A model generated the notes under the pieces. It was not told where the DNA came from. It ran no database searches and was given only the letters and a program-made list of their open reading frames with translations. Of a stretch of DNA of 64,000 nucleotides, positions 1 through 9,353 are shown piece by piece (position 1 is the first letter of the stretch; every line of letters begins with the position of its first letter). Made by a program: the position numbers and the translations under genes. Source of the stretch: Veillonella parvula (GTDB lineage: Bacteria; Bacillota; Negativicutes; Veillonellales; Veillonellaceae). The stretch is from the NCBI RefSeq assembly GCF_945949885.1, contig NZ_CAMFFZ010000005.1, positions 13,010 to 77,009 on the forward strand, read 5' to 3'.

Positions 1-477
1 GTACTTCTTACGGGGGATAGTAAAGAAACGGCTACATATATTGGCAAAAAAGCAGGTATTTCTGAAATACATGCGGAGCTTTTACCTGGAGAAAAAGTGA
101 GTATTATTGAAGAGTTGCAAGGAAAACACCACAAGGTTTGTATGGTTGGTGATGGAATTAATGATGCACCAGCTATGAAGACTGCTGATGTGAGTATTGC
201 AATGGGGAGTATCGGTAGTGATATTGCCATAGAAACAGCTGATATTGCATTGATGAGTGAAGATCTTAGCAAAATTCCTTATATTAAGCGACTATCAGAT
301 GCTACGATTAGAACTATTAAATTTAGTATTGCTTTATCAATGGCCATTAACTGTATCGCTATTATTCTCTCATTACTTGAGGTTTTGACACCTACTACCG
401 GTGCGTTAGTTCATAATGTGGGGTCCTGTTTGGTTGTCCTCATTGCAGCCCGTTTGTATGATAGAAAGTTTATATAA
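1..477 (+). CDS. heavy-metal (P1B-type) P-type ATPase, C-terminal part; 5' end lies outside the window
   Basis: Frame is open from nt 1. Translation has the P-type hinge motif GDGINDAPAM followed by two hydrophobic C-terminal helices. Stop at 475-477. Confidence 0.85.
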   Translation, partial: VLLTGDSKETATYIGKKAGISEIHAELLPGEKVSIIEELQGKHHKVCMVGDGINDAPAMKTADVSIAMGSIGSDIAIETADIALMSEDLSKIPYIKRLSDATIRTIKFSIALSMAINCIAIILSLLEVLTPTTGALVHNVGSCLVVLIAARLYDRKFI

Positions 478-485
478 ATGCAATA

Positions 486-524
486 AGAGCCGTCCCCGGT
501 TGTATGGGGGCGGCTCTATTGATT
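486..524 (+). terminator. stem-loop terminator after the ATPase gene
   Basis: AGAGCCGTCCCC / GGGGGCGGCTCT inverted repeat (one G-U pair) followed by a weak T-rich tail. Confidence 0.6.
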
Positions 525-598
525 AGGGCTATCATAGATCAAGTCTTGGTATATATATATTTATATATATCAAGGGAGGTAGTTATCCTCAAACTTGA

Positions 599-1375
599 TT
601 ATGATTGATGTTGTGTTTTGATGGGACTCCACCAATGGCGTCGATAGGCCTTGATGCCTTCCACCACGGTTCTTGTCGCTTTAGCTGCAATATCTTTCGT
701 TGCAGCGGGGATGCCCTCTAGGCGATAGGGAATACCTAACTCCTTATATTTAGCAGTACCCATAACGTGATAAGGTAAGCAATCAACGGCTTGTAAATTT
801 TTCAGAGATCCTAGAAAAAAGCCTAGACGATAGTGACGATCGGCATTATCTGTAATCGTAGGGACTACTACGTGACGAACCCAAATCGGAACTTCCACGT
901 CTGCCGTCAATCGAGCAAACCCGAGAATGGGTTCTAACGGTTTACCCGTTAACCATAAATGCTTGGCTGGATCGATTTCCTTAATGTCTAGGATGACGAG
1001 ACTAGTCACACTGAGTAATTTACGGTATGCCACCTCTTGGTGGGGATCAAAACAAATTCCACTTGTATCTAAACAGGTATGGACGTTTCTTTCACGGAAA
1101 TATGTGAAAAGCTCAATCACAAAGTCGATTTGCATAAGAGCTTCCCCACCTGTAACGGTGATACCACCATTAGTATAAAATTGGCGGTTACGTTCGTACT
1201 GGTCCCATAATTCCTTCACGGTCATAAATTTAGCATCATCGCTAGTTTCAGCCCATGTGTCAGGATTATGGCAATAAGCACAGCGCATGGGGCAGCCTTG
1301 AAGAAATACCACCATGCGCATGCCTGGACCATCAACCGTACCCATCGTTTCAACCGAATGAATACGTCCAGTCAT
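599..1375 (-). CDS. pflA: pyruvate formate-lyase activating enzyme (radical SAM)
   Basis: N-terminal CPMRCAYCHN radical-SAM cluster motif and GG...T.SG motifs. GAGG RBS 8 nt upstream of the ATG. Lies directly downstream of the pfl genes. Confidence 0.9.
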   Translation of the reverse strand: MTGRIHSVETMGTVDGPGMRMVVFLQGCPMRCAYCHNPDTWAETSDDAKFMTVKELWDQYERNRQFYTNGGITVTGGEALMQIDFVIELFTYFRERNVHTCLDTSGICFDPHQEVAYRKLLSVTSLVILDIKEIDPAKHLWLTGKPLEPILGFARLTADVEVPIWVRHVVVPTITDNADRHYRLGFFLGSLKNLQAVDCLPYHVMGTAKYKELGIPYRLEGIPAATKDIAAKATRTVVEGIKAYRRHWWSPIKTQHQS

Positions 1376-1387
1376 AGGAAACCTCGA

Positions 1388-1624
1388 TTAGATTTGTTGA
1401 TGGAATGTACGGGAAATAACTTCGTCCTGTTGTTGTTTTGTCAATTTGTTGAAGTGCACCGCATAACCGGATACACGAATCGTCAATTGAGGGTACAACT
1501 CAGGATGTTTTTGAGCGTCTAACAATGTTTCACGAGTAAACACGTTAACGTTCAAATGATGGCCGCCCTTTTGGGAATAACCATCCAATAACTCTACCAA
1601 GTTATCAACTTGTTGGTTGCTCAT
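1388..1624 (-). CDS. stand-alone glycyl-radical domain protein (GrcA/YfiD-like; equals the C-terminal ~75 aa of PFL)
   Basis: Contains GGHHLNVNV...[28 protein letters not shown], the PFL/GrcA glycyl-radical signature. GGAGG RBS 7 nt upstream of its own ATG. Confidence 0.85.
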   Translation of the reverse strand: MSNQQVDNLVELLDGYSQKGGHHLNVNVFTRETLLDAQKHPELYPQLTIRVSGYAVHFNKLTKQQQDEVISRTFHQQI

Positions 1625-1699
1625 GGGTATAACCTCCTTTCAACCAAGACTAACACGCATATCGATGCCGGTGAAAGCAGTTCGATACTGTGGAAGATT

Positions 1700-3817
1700 T
1701 TACTTATCTTCCTCTATAGTAACATTTGGTTCGCTGCATGCGAAGTTTGTATTGCTGTTAGGCAATTGAGAAGGGTCTAACTCAATATCAAAATCGCTAA
1801 CGGAAACAAATGTTTCACCAGATTTACCTAATGCGTCCGGAATGATAGAGAAGGTATTAGAAATACCATCGGAGCAATCACGCCATGGCATTTTAGCTAC
1901 GGATGCCAATGAAGATACGGCACCGTGAGAATCACGACCGTGCATTGGGTTCGCGCCAGGAGCGAAAGCTTCGCCAGCTTTACGCCCGTCTGGAGTAGAA
2001 CCTGTAGCAGTACCATATACTACGTTGGAAGTAATTGTTAACAAGCTCATAGTAGGAACGGATTGACGATATGTAGGATGTTTACGAATTTTGTTCATAA
2101 ATGTGGAAACAACTTTTGCTGCCAAGCCATCTACACGGTCATCATCGTTACCATATTTAGGGAAGTCGCCTTCGATTTCGAAATCAACAGCGATGCCATT
2201 TTCATCACGAATAGGTTTTACTTTAGCATATTTAATAGCGGATAAGGAGTCTGCTACTACGGATAAACCAGCGATACCAGTTGCAAACCAACGAGTTACC
2301 TTGCGGTCATGCAAGGCCATTTCTAGTTTTTCATAAGCATATTTATCGTGCATGTAGTGAATGATGTTTAATGCATTTACATATACGCCTGCCAACCATT
2401 CCATCATGTCGTCGAATTTTTCCCATACTTCGTCGAATTCTAAGTATTCGGAAGTGATAGGGCGGTATTTAGGACCAATTTGTTTCTTCAACTTTTCGTC
2501 AACACCGCCATTGATTGCGTAAAGCAAGCATTTAGCCAAGTTGGAACGAGCACCGAAGAATTGCATTTCTTTACCAATACGCATTGGGGATACGCAACAT
2601 GCGATTGCGTAGTCATCACCAGAGTTAGGGCGCATCAATTCGTCATTCTCGTATTGAATGGAAGATGTTTCAATGGATAATTTTGCACAGAAACGGCGGA
2701 AGCCGATTGGCATGCGAGGGGACCATAATACAGTGAGGTTTGGTTCTGGAGCAGGACCAAGGTTAGTCAATGTATGTAGGTAACGGAAGGACATCTTGGA
2801 AACCAATGTACGGCCGTCAGTACCCATACCACCGATGGATTCAGTCGTCCAAACAGGGTCACCTGTGAACAAATTGTTGTATTCGTGGATACGTGCGAAG
2901 CGAACCATGCGCAATTTCATAATGAAATGGTCTACGAATTCTTGAATTTGCTCCTCTGTGTATGTGCCGTTGCGAAGGTCTCGTTCAGCATAGATATCGA
3001 GGAATGTGGAGTTACGGCCAATGGACATAGCAGCACCGTTTTGCTCTTTAATGGCACCAAGATAGCCGAAGTAAATCCATTGCATAGCTTCACGAACATC
3101 CTTAGCTGGCTTGGAAATATCATAGCCATAGGACGCTGCCATCTCTTTCAATTCTTTCAAAGAACGGATTTGATCTTGTATTTCTTCACGGTCGCGAATG
3201 ACATCTTCTAGCATGTCACCCATTGTGATGCTAAATTGTTCTTTTTTATCTTCAATGAGATAATCAACACCGTAAAGAGCGATACGGCGATAGTCACCGA
3301 TAATACGACCGCGGCTGTACGCATCTGGCAAACCAGTTACAATATGAGCTGTACGTGCAGCACGCATTTCTGGAGTATATACATCAAATACGCCATCATT
3401 GTGAGTTTTGCGATGTTTTTTGAAGAAGTCCTCTGTTTGCGGATCCATTTTGAATCCGTATTCTTCGATAGCGGATTTTGCCGTACGCAAACCACCATAT
3501 GGGAACATAGCGCGTTTCAAAGGTTTGTCAGTTTGCAAACCAACGATTGTTTCAAGGTCTTTGTCGATATATCCTGGCGCATGGGCAGTAATGTGTGTGG
3601 CCACAGAAGTATCAGCATCGAGCATGCCGCCTTTTTCACGTTCTTCTTCATAAAGCTTCATTACTTGTTCCCACAATTTTGTTGTTCGTTCTGTAGGACC
3701 AGCAAGGAAGGAATCGTCCCCTTCATAGGGAATATAGTTTCTTTGAATAAAGTCGCGTACATCAACGGCTTTATCCCACACACCTGTGTTAAAATCTTTC
3801 CATGCAGTATGTTGCAT
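1700..3817 (-). CDS. pflB: formate C-acetyltransferase (pyruvate formate-lyase) catalytic body lacking the glycyl-radical domain
   Basis: Collinear with PFL from the N-terminus ([16 protein letters not shown]...) through the active-site IACCVSPM to ...[13 protein letters not shown]. It then has a ~37-aa unrelated tail and a stop. GGAGG RBS before the ATG at 3817. The longer ORF start at 3889 has no RBS. Confidence 0.9.
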   Translation of the reverse strand: MQHTAWKDFNTGVWDKAVDVRDFIQRNYIPYEGDDSFLAGPTERTTKLWEQVMKLYEEEREKGGMLDADTSVATHITAHAPGYIDKDLETIVGLQTDKPLKRAMFPYGGLRTAKSAIEEYGFKMDPQTEDFFKKHRKTHNDGVFDVYTPEMRAARTAHIVTGLPDAYSRGRIIGDYRRIALYGVDYLIEDKKEQFSITMGDMLEDVIRDREEIQDQIRSLKELKEMAASYGYDISKPAKDVREAMQWIYFGYLGAIKEQNGAAMSIGRNSTFLDIYAERDLRNGTYTEEQIQEFVDHFIMKLRMVRFARIHEYNNLFTGDPVWTTESIGGMGTDGRTLVSKMSFRYLHTLTNLGPAPEPNLTVLWSPRMPIGFRRFCAKLSIETSSIQYENDELMRPNSGDDYAIACCVSPMRIGKEMQFFGARSNLAKCLLYAINGGVDEKLKKQIGPKYRPITSEYLEFDEVWEKFDDMMEWLAGVYVNALNIIHYMHDKYAYEKLEMALHDRKVTRWFATGIAGLSVVADSLSAIKYAKVKPIRDENGIAVDFEIEGDFPKYGNDDDRVDGLAAKVVSTFMNKIRKHPTYRQSVPTMSLLTITSNVVYGTATGSTPDGRKAGEAFAPGANPMHGRDSHGAVSSLASVAKMPWRDCSDGISNTFSIIPDALGKSGETFVSVSDFDIELDPSQLPNSNTNFACSEPNVTIEEDK

Positions 3818-4312
3818 TTTGCACCTCCATAAAAGGATATAACTATAGATTTCTATGCCTATAGTGTACAATGTTTGTAACAATTCCACAATGAATAGAT
3901 GATATAGATTTTCAATACATACTATGCGATTTTGTGAAGTATCTCATAAACTTCCATAAGCTAAATTGTTTGGATACAACAATATATAGGTTTGTATGAG
4001 TTTTTGTTTTTTATGATTTTATTTAATGTATATATAATAATATGAAATTGCATATCAATATTGTTAAGAGACCTTGGGTACCGACTTTTCAATAATATTG
4101 GATAGCTTATATTTGTGCATAGTTCAAGCGGTCGTTTACATCTTGTATAGAATTAGCCTGTAAGTCTTTATAAATGCATATATATTGCGATGCTACGGAA
4201 CGTTGCTGGACAGGAAAACAAGAGTTTCTTTTCTTCATTGACATCATATACTATACTTTGAGCAGCTCTTGTTGAAGAGTAATTGATATTGCTTAATATA
4301 GGAGGTCACATT

Positions 4313-5185
4313 ATGGATTTTAATGAAAAATTACGGGAGTATAGAAAACAGTCTGGATTATCTCAGGGAAAATTAGCGGAAACACTTAATGTATCGAGAC
4401 AGACCATAACAAAATGGGAATCGGGCAATGGGATGCCGGATATTTCAAATTTAAAGGCCCTTTCAGCTGTATTCAATATTTCTGTGGATGAATTACTTTC
4501 AGAAGAAGCGGTTAAACTTCGATATCCTTATGAAAGCGTCGTAGAATATGATATCGATGAGATAAAACATTTCGATGTTAAATTGGGCTCTGTTAATCAC
4601 GTAAAAATGAGAGCTGGAGAGGGTGAGAAGATAAAGGTTCAACTGGTCAGTGATACTATTGAAAATTTGACGGAACTGGTGAAAGTAAAAATCGATGATA
4701 TTAAGAGGCATATCGATGTAGATGTAAATCGTTCTAAATCCTTATCTGAGGAGCTTGTAAAAGAACATTTGTCGATTTTTATAAATTTGCCTGAAAAATA
4801 TATGGGAGATACGGAGTTAGCGACCCAATGTGAAAAACTGGAGCTATTTGATATTGATAGCGAAAGGTTTGAGCTGAATGGAGAGGCTAAAGAAATTTTT
4901 ATTGCCGGTGGTAACAGTCATATAGAGTTGGATAATAACTCTCCAATGGAGATATATGTAGCGGATTATACGGGGCGAATTGATGTAAATCAGATATCGG
5001 CGAAATCTCGTCTGTATGTCCTTCATGAGTATGCTTTCAAAGTGGTAAAAAAAGGTATTCGCACTAAATTGCTTTTTGAAGAGCGAGGAAAACTTGTAGA
5101 TGATTTTTCCGTGGCTGAATCAGAAAATCAAATTGAAATTAATGGTATTAATAGTGAACTTACGATAGTCAAGCTAAGTAATTAG
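4313..5185 (+). CDS. XRE-family helix-turn-helix protein with a long beta-rich C-terminal domain (DUF4097/LiaG-like, tentative)
   Basis: N-terminus LREYRKQSGLSQGKLAETLNVSRQTITKWESG is a classic Cro/C1 HTH. AGGAGG RBS before the ATG at 4313. Confidence 0.8.
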   Translation: MDFNEKLREYRKQSGLSQGKLAETLNVSRQTITKWESGNGMPDISNLKALSAVFNISVDELLSEEAVKLRYPYESVVEYDIDEIKHFDVKLGSVNHVKMRAGEGEKIKVQLVSDTIENLTELVKVKIDDIKRHIDVDVNRSKSLSEELVKEHLSIFINLPEKYMGDTELATQCEKLELFDIDSERFELNGEAKEIFIAGGNSHIELDNNSPMEIYVADYTGRIDVNQISAKSRLYVLHEYAFKVVKKGIRTKLLFEERGKLVDDFSVAESENQIEINGINSELTIVKLSN

Positions 5186-5219
5186 TTGCCTTAATTACAG
5201 GGCCATTCTTACAGCACAG

Positions 5220-5345
5220 TTTTCATAAAACTTAATTTCTTGTGTTCCCATAATTTTGTTGTACATTTTGCAGACCCAGTAAGGAAGAAATCGTCTCCTT
5301 CATAGGAGTAAAAGGTATGATTTGATTTCTTGTAGTTTCAGTGGT
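5220..5345 (-). pseudogene. relic of the 5' end of a second PFL-like (glycyl radical enzyme) gene
   Basis: The minus strand reads YEGDDFFLTGSAKCTTKLWEHKKLSFM. pflB here has [27 protein letters not shown], and the DNA is clearly alignable to 3660-3740. There is no start codon and it is truncated on both sides. Confidence 0.55.
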
Positions 5346-5500
5346 ATATTATGGTACAATTTAGATAGTGTTATTAAGATATAATACATATAGATAACAT
5401 TATCTTGGTAGAATTAATCAAGATAGAAATAATCTGGATAGAATATACGTGGATCAAAATTGATTATAAGATTGTATATGCGAATACTATTGAAAGGCGG

Positions 5501-6373
5501 ATGTTAATGACAAATCGAAAGAAAGCACTTTTAGGTGCATCTGCTACAATTGCTGTATGGGCTACTGCATTTCCTTTCAGTAAAATAGCATTACAATCCG
5601 TAGATTCATTAACACTTTCTGTGGCAAGGGTTATGGGTGGGGCCTTACTTATGCTGATAATCGGTGTTGTAAAAGGCTTACACATACCGACAACATGGCG
5701 TGAGTGGGGACTATATATTCTGTTAGGCGCCACAGGGAATTTTGTTTACCAAGTTGTTTTTAATGAAGGTTTGCGCACAATTCCGGCGGCCACATCCAGT
5801 ATTATTATGGCCTTGACTCCGATGACGACGGCACTGATGGCCATGATTGTTTATAAAGATAAAATACGCCCCATAGGCTGGTTATTTACAATAACGGCTT
5901 TTATAGGTGTAGCCATAATTATTCTTTGGAATTCAACCCTTACAATTCCTACAGGTGCATTATGGACTTTGCTGGGGATGACACTCTTTGCAGTTTATAA
6001 TATCCTTAATCGTGGACTTAGTTTAAAAGGATATAAGCCTATCACTATCGCCATGTGGTCTATGTTTACAGGTGCCATTATGGCTTTGCCTTTTGCGGAA
6101 CATGCCATTGAAATGATAGCTGTGGCACCGATTAGTGCAAAATTTGCCATGGCCTATTTAGCATTTCTTTCTAGTGCGTTAGGCTTTGTTTTCTGGAGCT
6201 ATGCCTTGGAACATGCTGAAAAGGTTTCAGATGTAACCAACTTTATGTATATCTCGCCCATAGTGGCAGTTATTGTTGCCGCATTTTTATTGGGAGAAAT
6301 TCCTAATATGGGGCTCTATATGGGGGCACCTGTCATTTTAGGATCATTATATCTTTTTAATCGATATAGATAA
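5501..6373 (+). CDS. EamA/DMT-family membrane transporter
   Basis: About 10 predicted TM helices in a duplicated 5+5 EamA-like layout. ATG at 5501 follows GAAAGG. The upstream extension of the ORF is not protein-like. Confidence 0.8.
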   Translation: MLMTNRKKALLGASATIAVWATAFPFSKIALQSVDSLTLSVARVMGGALLMLIIGVVKGLHIPTTWREWGLYILLGATGNFVYQVVFNEGLRTIPAATSSIIMALTPMTTALMAMIVYKDKIRPIGWLFTITAFIGVAIIILWNSTLTIPTGALWTLLGMTLFAVYNILNRGLSLKGYKPITIAMWSMFTGAIMALPFAEHAIEMIAVAPISAKFAMAYLAFLSSALGFVFWSYALEHAEKVSDVTNFMYISPIVAVIVAAFLLGEIPNMGLYMGAPVILGSLYLFNRYR

Positions 6374-6474
6374 GTTATTTTTGTTAGAGTCTGAATCGGT
6401 TCAGCTTGATGTAAAAAATATAAAATTAGATAAATAGGGATGTAAACCCTTATAAGATAAGAGCTATATAATAA

Positions 6475-6512
6475 AAGAACCTCAATCTTTTGATTGGTGA
6501 GGTTCTTTTTTG
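6475..6512 (+). terminator. rho-independent terminator
   Basis: AAGAACCTCA / TGAGGTTCTT stem followed by TTTTTT. Confidence 0.8.
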
Positions 6513-6626
6513 TTTGACAGGCATTATAAATTGTAGTAATCTAAGTACATAATTAAAACATACCTTAAAGATATGTTTTGCAAGAAATATTAATTCCTAT
6601 CAATGTACAAGGAAAGAGGCAGTACA

Positions 6627-7649
6627 GTGATTGCTATACGAAATGTAACGAAAGAATTTGATGTTAATAAGCAAAAGGTTACTGCATTATCTGATGTAAA
6701 CTTTACCATAGAAAAAGGAGACATATTTGGCATTATTGGCTTCAGTGGAGCTGGCAAATCTACACTGTTACGAATGATTAATGCTTTAGAGGTACCTACC
6801 TCTGGTCATATTGAAATAGATGGTGTGAATATCAATGGCTTAAGTTTTAGCGAGCTCAGAAAGGTTCGTAAGCGCATCGGCATGGTGTTTCAACAGTTTA
6901 ATTTATTGAATGCTAAATCTGTGTATGATAATGTGGCTATCCCGCTAATTCTTAATAGGTTACCAAAATTCGACATTGATAAAAAGGTTAAAACCTTATT
7001 AGACTTTGTTGATTTAGGCGATAAAGCAAATGCATATCCTGGAGAATTATCTGGTGGTCAAAAACAACGCGTTGGTATTGCCCGTGCATTAGCTACAGAT
7101 CCATCTATATTGCTTTGTGATGAAGCAACCAGCGCTCTAGATCCTGATACAACAGAATCTATATTACAATTACTAGAACGTGTTAATCGTGAACTAGGAG
7201 TAACAGTAGTTATCGTAACTCATGAGATCGATGTAATTCAGAAAATATGTAATCGAGTTGTAGTTATGGAGCATGGAAAGCTCATAGAGAGCGGATCTGT
7301 ACTTGAGGTGTTTAGTAAACCTAAACACGAAACAACAAAGCGATTTGTTAGAACTGTAATTCCTGATGAAATTCCATCAACAGTGAAACATACATTAGCT
7401 TGTGATAAAAGGCTATACACAATTCTTAAGATGCATTTCTTAGGAAATAATACGACAGATAATGTTCTATATCATATTAATAAAACCTTTGATTTAGAAA
7501 CGAGTGTATTATTTGCTACGGTAACAGAGTTAGAACATACTGCACTTGGTATATTCATTGTTCGGTTTATTGGCGATGATCTTGAGGTGGGCAAGGTAAA
7601 AGAGTATCTTATTGCTCAAGGTATTGAATGGCAGGAGGTGACACTATAA
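6627..7649 (+). CDS. metN: methionine ABC transporter ATP-binding protein
   Basis: Walker A GFSGAGKST, signature LSGGQKQRVGIARAL, Walker B LLCDEATSALD, and a C-terminal NIL-type domain. GTG at 6627 has an AAGAGG RBS. The ATG at 6603 has none. Confidence 0.9.
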   Translation: MIAIRNVTKEFDVNKQKVTALSDVNFTIEKGDIFGIIGFSGAGKSTLLRMINALEVPTSGHIEIDGVNINGLSFSELRKVRKRIGMVFQQFNLLNAKSVYDNVAIPLILNRLPKFDIDKKVKTLLDFVDLGDKANAYPGELSGGQKQRVGIARALATDPSILLCDEATSALDPDTTESILQLLERVNRELGVTVVIVTHEIDVIQKICNRVVVMEHGKLIESGSVLEVFSKPKHETTKRFVRTVIPDEIPSTVKHTLACDKRLYTILKMHFLGNNTTDNVLYHINKTFDLETSVLFATVTELEHTALGIFIVRFIGDDLEVGKVKEYLIAQGIEWQEVTL

Positions 7650-8320
7650 TGGATTTCTTCATGCAAGAACTTGGTGTTCCAGGATCGCAGTTATTATTAG
7701 CCGCAGAACAGACATTATATATGGTGTTCCTATCTCTATTTATTGGTACAGTACTAGGTCTAATTATCGCAGTCACACTGGTAGTAACAAATCCTAATGG
7801 TATCGTTAAAAATAGTATTGTTTATACCATTACCAATACAATTGTTAATATTGTGCGTTCCGTACCATTTATCATTTTGATGGTGTTTATATTACCGTTA
7901 ACTAAGATGATTGTAGGTACTCGTGTTGGTACAACAGCGGCTATTGTACCACTTGTTATATTCATTGCACCTTATCTTGCTCGACTCTTTGAGAACTCTA
8001 TTTTAGAGGTTAATAAAGGCATTATCGAGGCAGCACAATCGATGGGGGCCTCTCATTTTGAAGTGATTTGGCATTTTCTTTTACCAGAAGCAAAGGGTTC
8101 GCTTATTTTATCTATTACAACGGGTACTATTGGTCTAATCGGTGCTACTGCTATGGCTGGTGCTATTGGTGCTGGTGGTGTAGGTGATTTGGACCTCACC
8201 TATGGTTATGAACGATTGAACTTCCCATTGATGTTATTTACCGTAGTTATTTTGATTATTTTTGTTCAAATTATTCAAACAATAGGTAACTATTTTGCAC
8301 GTCGTGCGCGTCGTTCCTAA
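7649..8320 (+). CDS. metI: methionine ABC transporter permease
   Basis: Its ATG overlaps the metN stop (TAATG). Multi-TM protein with an EAA-like loop (IEAAQSMGAS). Confidence 0.9.
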   Translation: MDFFMQELGVPGSQLLLAAEQTLYMVFLSLFIGTVLGLIIAVTLVVTNPNGIVKNSIVYTITNTIVNIVRSVPFIILMVFILPLTKMIVGTRVGTTAAIVPLVIFIAPYLARLFENSILEVNKGIIEAAQSMGASHFEVIWHFLLPEAKGSLILSITTGTIGLIGATAMAGAIGAGGVGDLDLTYGYERLNFPLMLFTVVILIIFVQIIQTIGNYFARRARRS

Positions 8321-8374
8321 TTTGATAAAATAGATTTTAGTTATATTGATTGTGAAAATATAGGAGAAAATACT

Positions 8375-9199
8375 ATGAAATTTAAAAAGCTTCTTGCCCT
8401 TGGTGCAGCATTAGTATTCAGCGTAGCTTTTATCGCAGGCTGCGGTTCTAATAATAGCGATAATGGTGCTAAAAAAGAATTAACCTACAGTAAATCTCAG
8501 GGTCCTTATTCTGAATTGTTTGAAAAAGGTGTAAAGCCAATTTTGGAGAAACAAGGCTATACTTTTAAAGGCGTAGATATGTCTGATTTGGTACAAGCTG
8601 ACCAAGTGTTAAGTGATGGTGAGGTTGACTTTAACGTTGAACAACATACAGCATACATGAAAAACTTTAACGAAAAACAAAATGGTCATCTTGTAGCATT
8701 AACACCAATTCCAACAGTACCAGCAGGTATCTTTAGTGGTTCTAAAACATCTTTAGATCAAGTGGCAGATGGCGACACTATTGCTGTACCTAATGATGCA
8801 TCCAACATGGCTCGTGCTTATGCGTTATTGCAAAAAATCGGTTGGATTAAGCTTGATCCTAACAAAGATTTAGCAACAGTAACTCAAGCAGATATTATTG
8901 AAAATCCTAAACATCTTAAATTTACAGAAATGAAATCCCTTACAATTCCTTCTGTACGTACTGACTTTGATTATATCGTTATTACAGGCGCTATTATCTA
9001 TAATGCAAAAATTGATCCTAAATCTGCATTGGCAAATGAAGACGTATTGCCACAATGGTTATTACAACTCGTAGTTAATGAGAAAAACAAAGATGCACAA
9101 TGGGCAAAAGACATCGTAGCAGCTTACCAATCTCAAGAATTTAAAGACTACATGGAAAAAAATAACAATGGCCTATGGTTCGTACCAAAAGGTGAATAG
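8375..9199 (+). CDS. metQ: methionine-binding lipoprotein (NlpA/MetQ family)
   Basis: Signal peptide with lipobox IAGC. MetQ-like body. Third gene of the metNIQ arrangement. Confidence 0.9.
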   Translation: MKFKKLLALGAALVFSVAFIAGCGSNNSDNGAKKELTYSKSQGPYSELFEKGVKPILEKQGYTFKGVDMSDLVQADQVLSDGEVDFNVEQHTAYMKNFNEKQNGHLVALTPIPTVPAGIFSGSKTSLDQVADGDTIAVPNDASNMARAYALLQKIGWIKLDPNKDLATVTQADIIENPKHLKFTEMKSLTIPSVRTDFDYIVITGAIIYNAKIDPKSALANEDVLPQWLLQLVVNEKNKDAQWAKDIVAAYQSQEFKDYMEKNNNGLWFVPKGE

Positions 9200-9228
9200 A
9201 ATATATAAAACGTGCTTAGTTGCGGCAT

Positions 9229-9276
9229 AAAAAAGAACCACTGATAAGTTGTAGCTTAGCAGTGGTTCTTTTGTTG
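9229..9276. terminator. terminator between convergent metQ and the ABC exporter genes
   Basis: AAAGAACCACTG / CAGTGGTTCTTT stem flanked by an A-run and a T-run. Confidence 0.8.
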
Positions 9277-9353
9277 TTTGCGGAACTATGTGAGGATAGT
9301 TTTGTGCCTAATTCTAAAAAACTTATAACCTTTAGGTCAGTAATCTCTTTATA

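Noticed and set aside
545-575. Alternating AT palindrome (TATATATATATTTATATATAT)
   Set aside because: It is low-complexity AT sequence in a convergent intergenic spacer and has no associated gene start.
1625-1830. Group I intron, intein or programmed bypass interrupting pfl
   Set aside because: About 190 nt is too short for a typical group I intron, and I see no P-element pairings. There are no intein splice-junction residues, and a stop codon is present. A strong RBS before the downstream ORF argues for separate translation. Only RNA data could exclude processing entirely.
2063-3832. Several plus-strand ORFs (60-198 aa) inside the pflB region
   Set aside because: They are antisense to a strongly supported PFL coding sequence. 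They have no RBS, and their composition is the mirror of the sense codons. I treat them as shadow ORFs.
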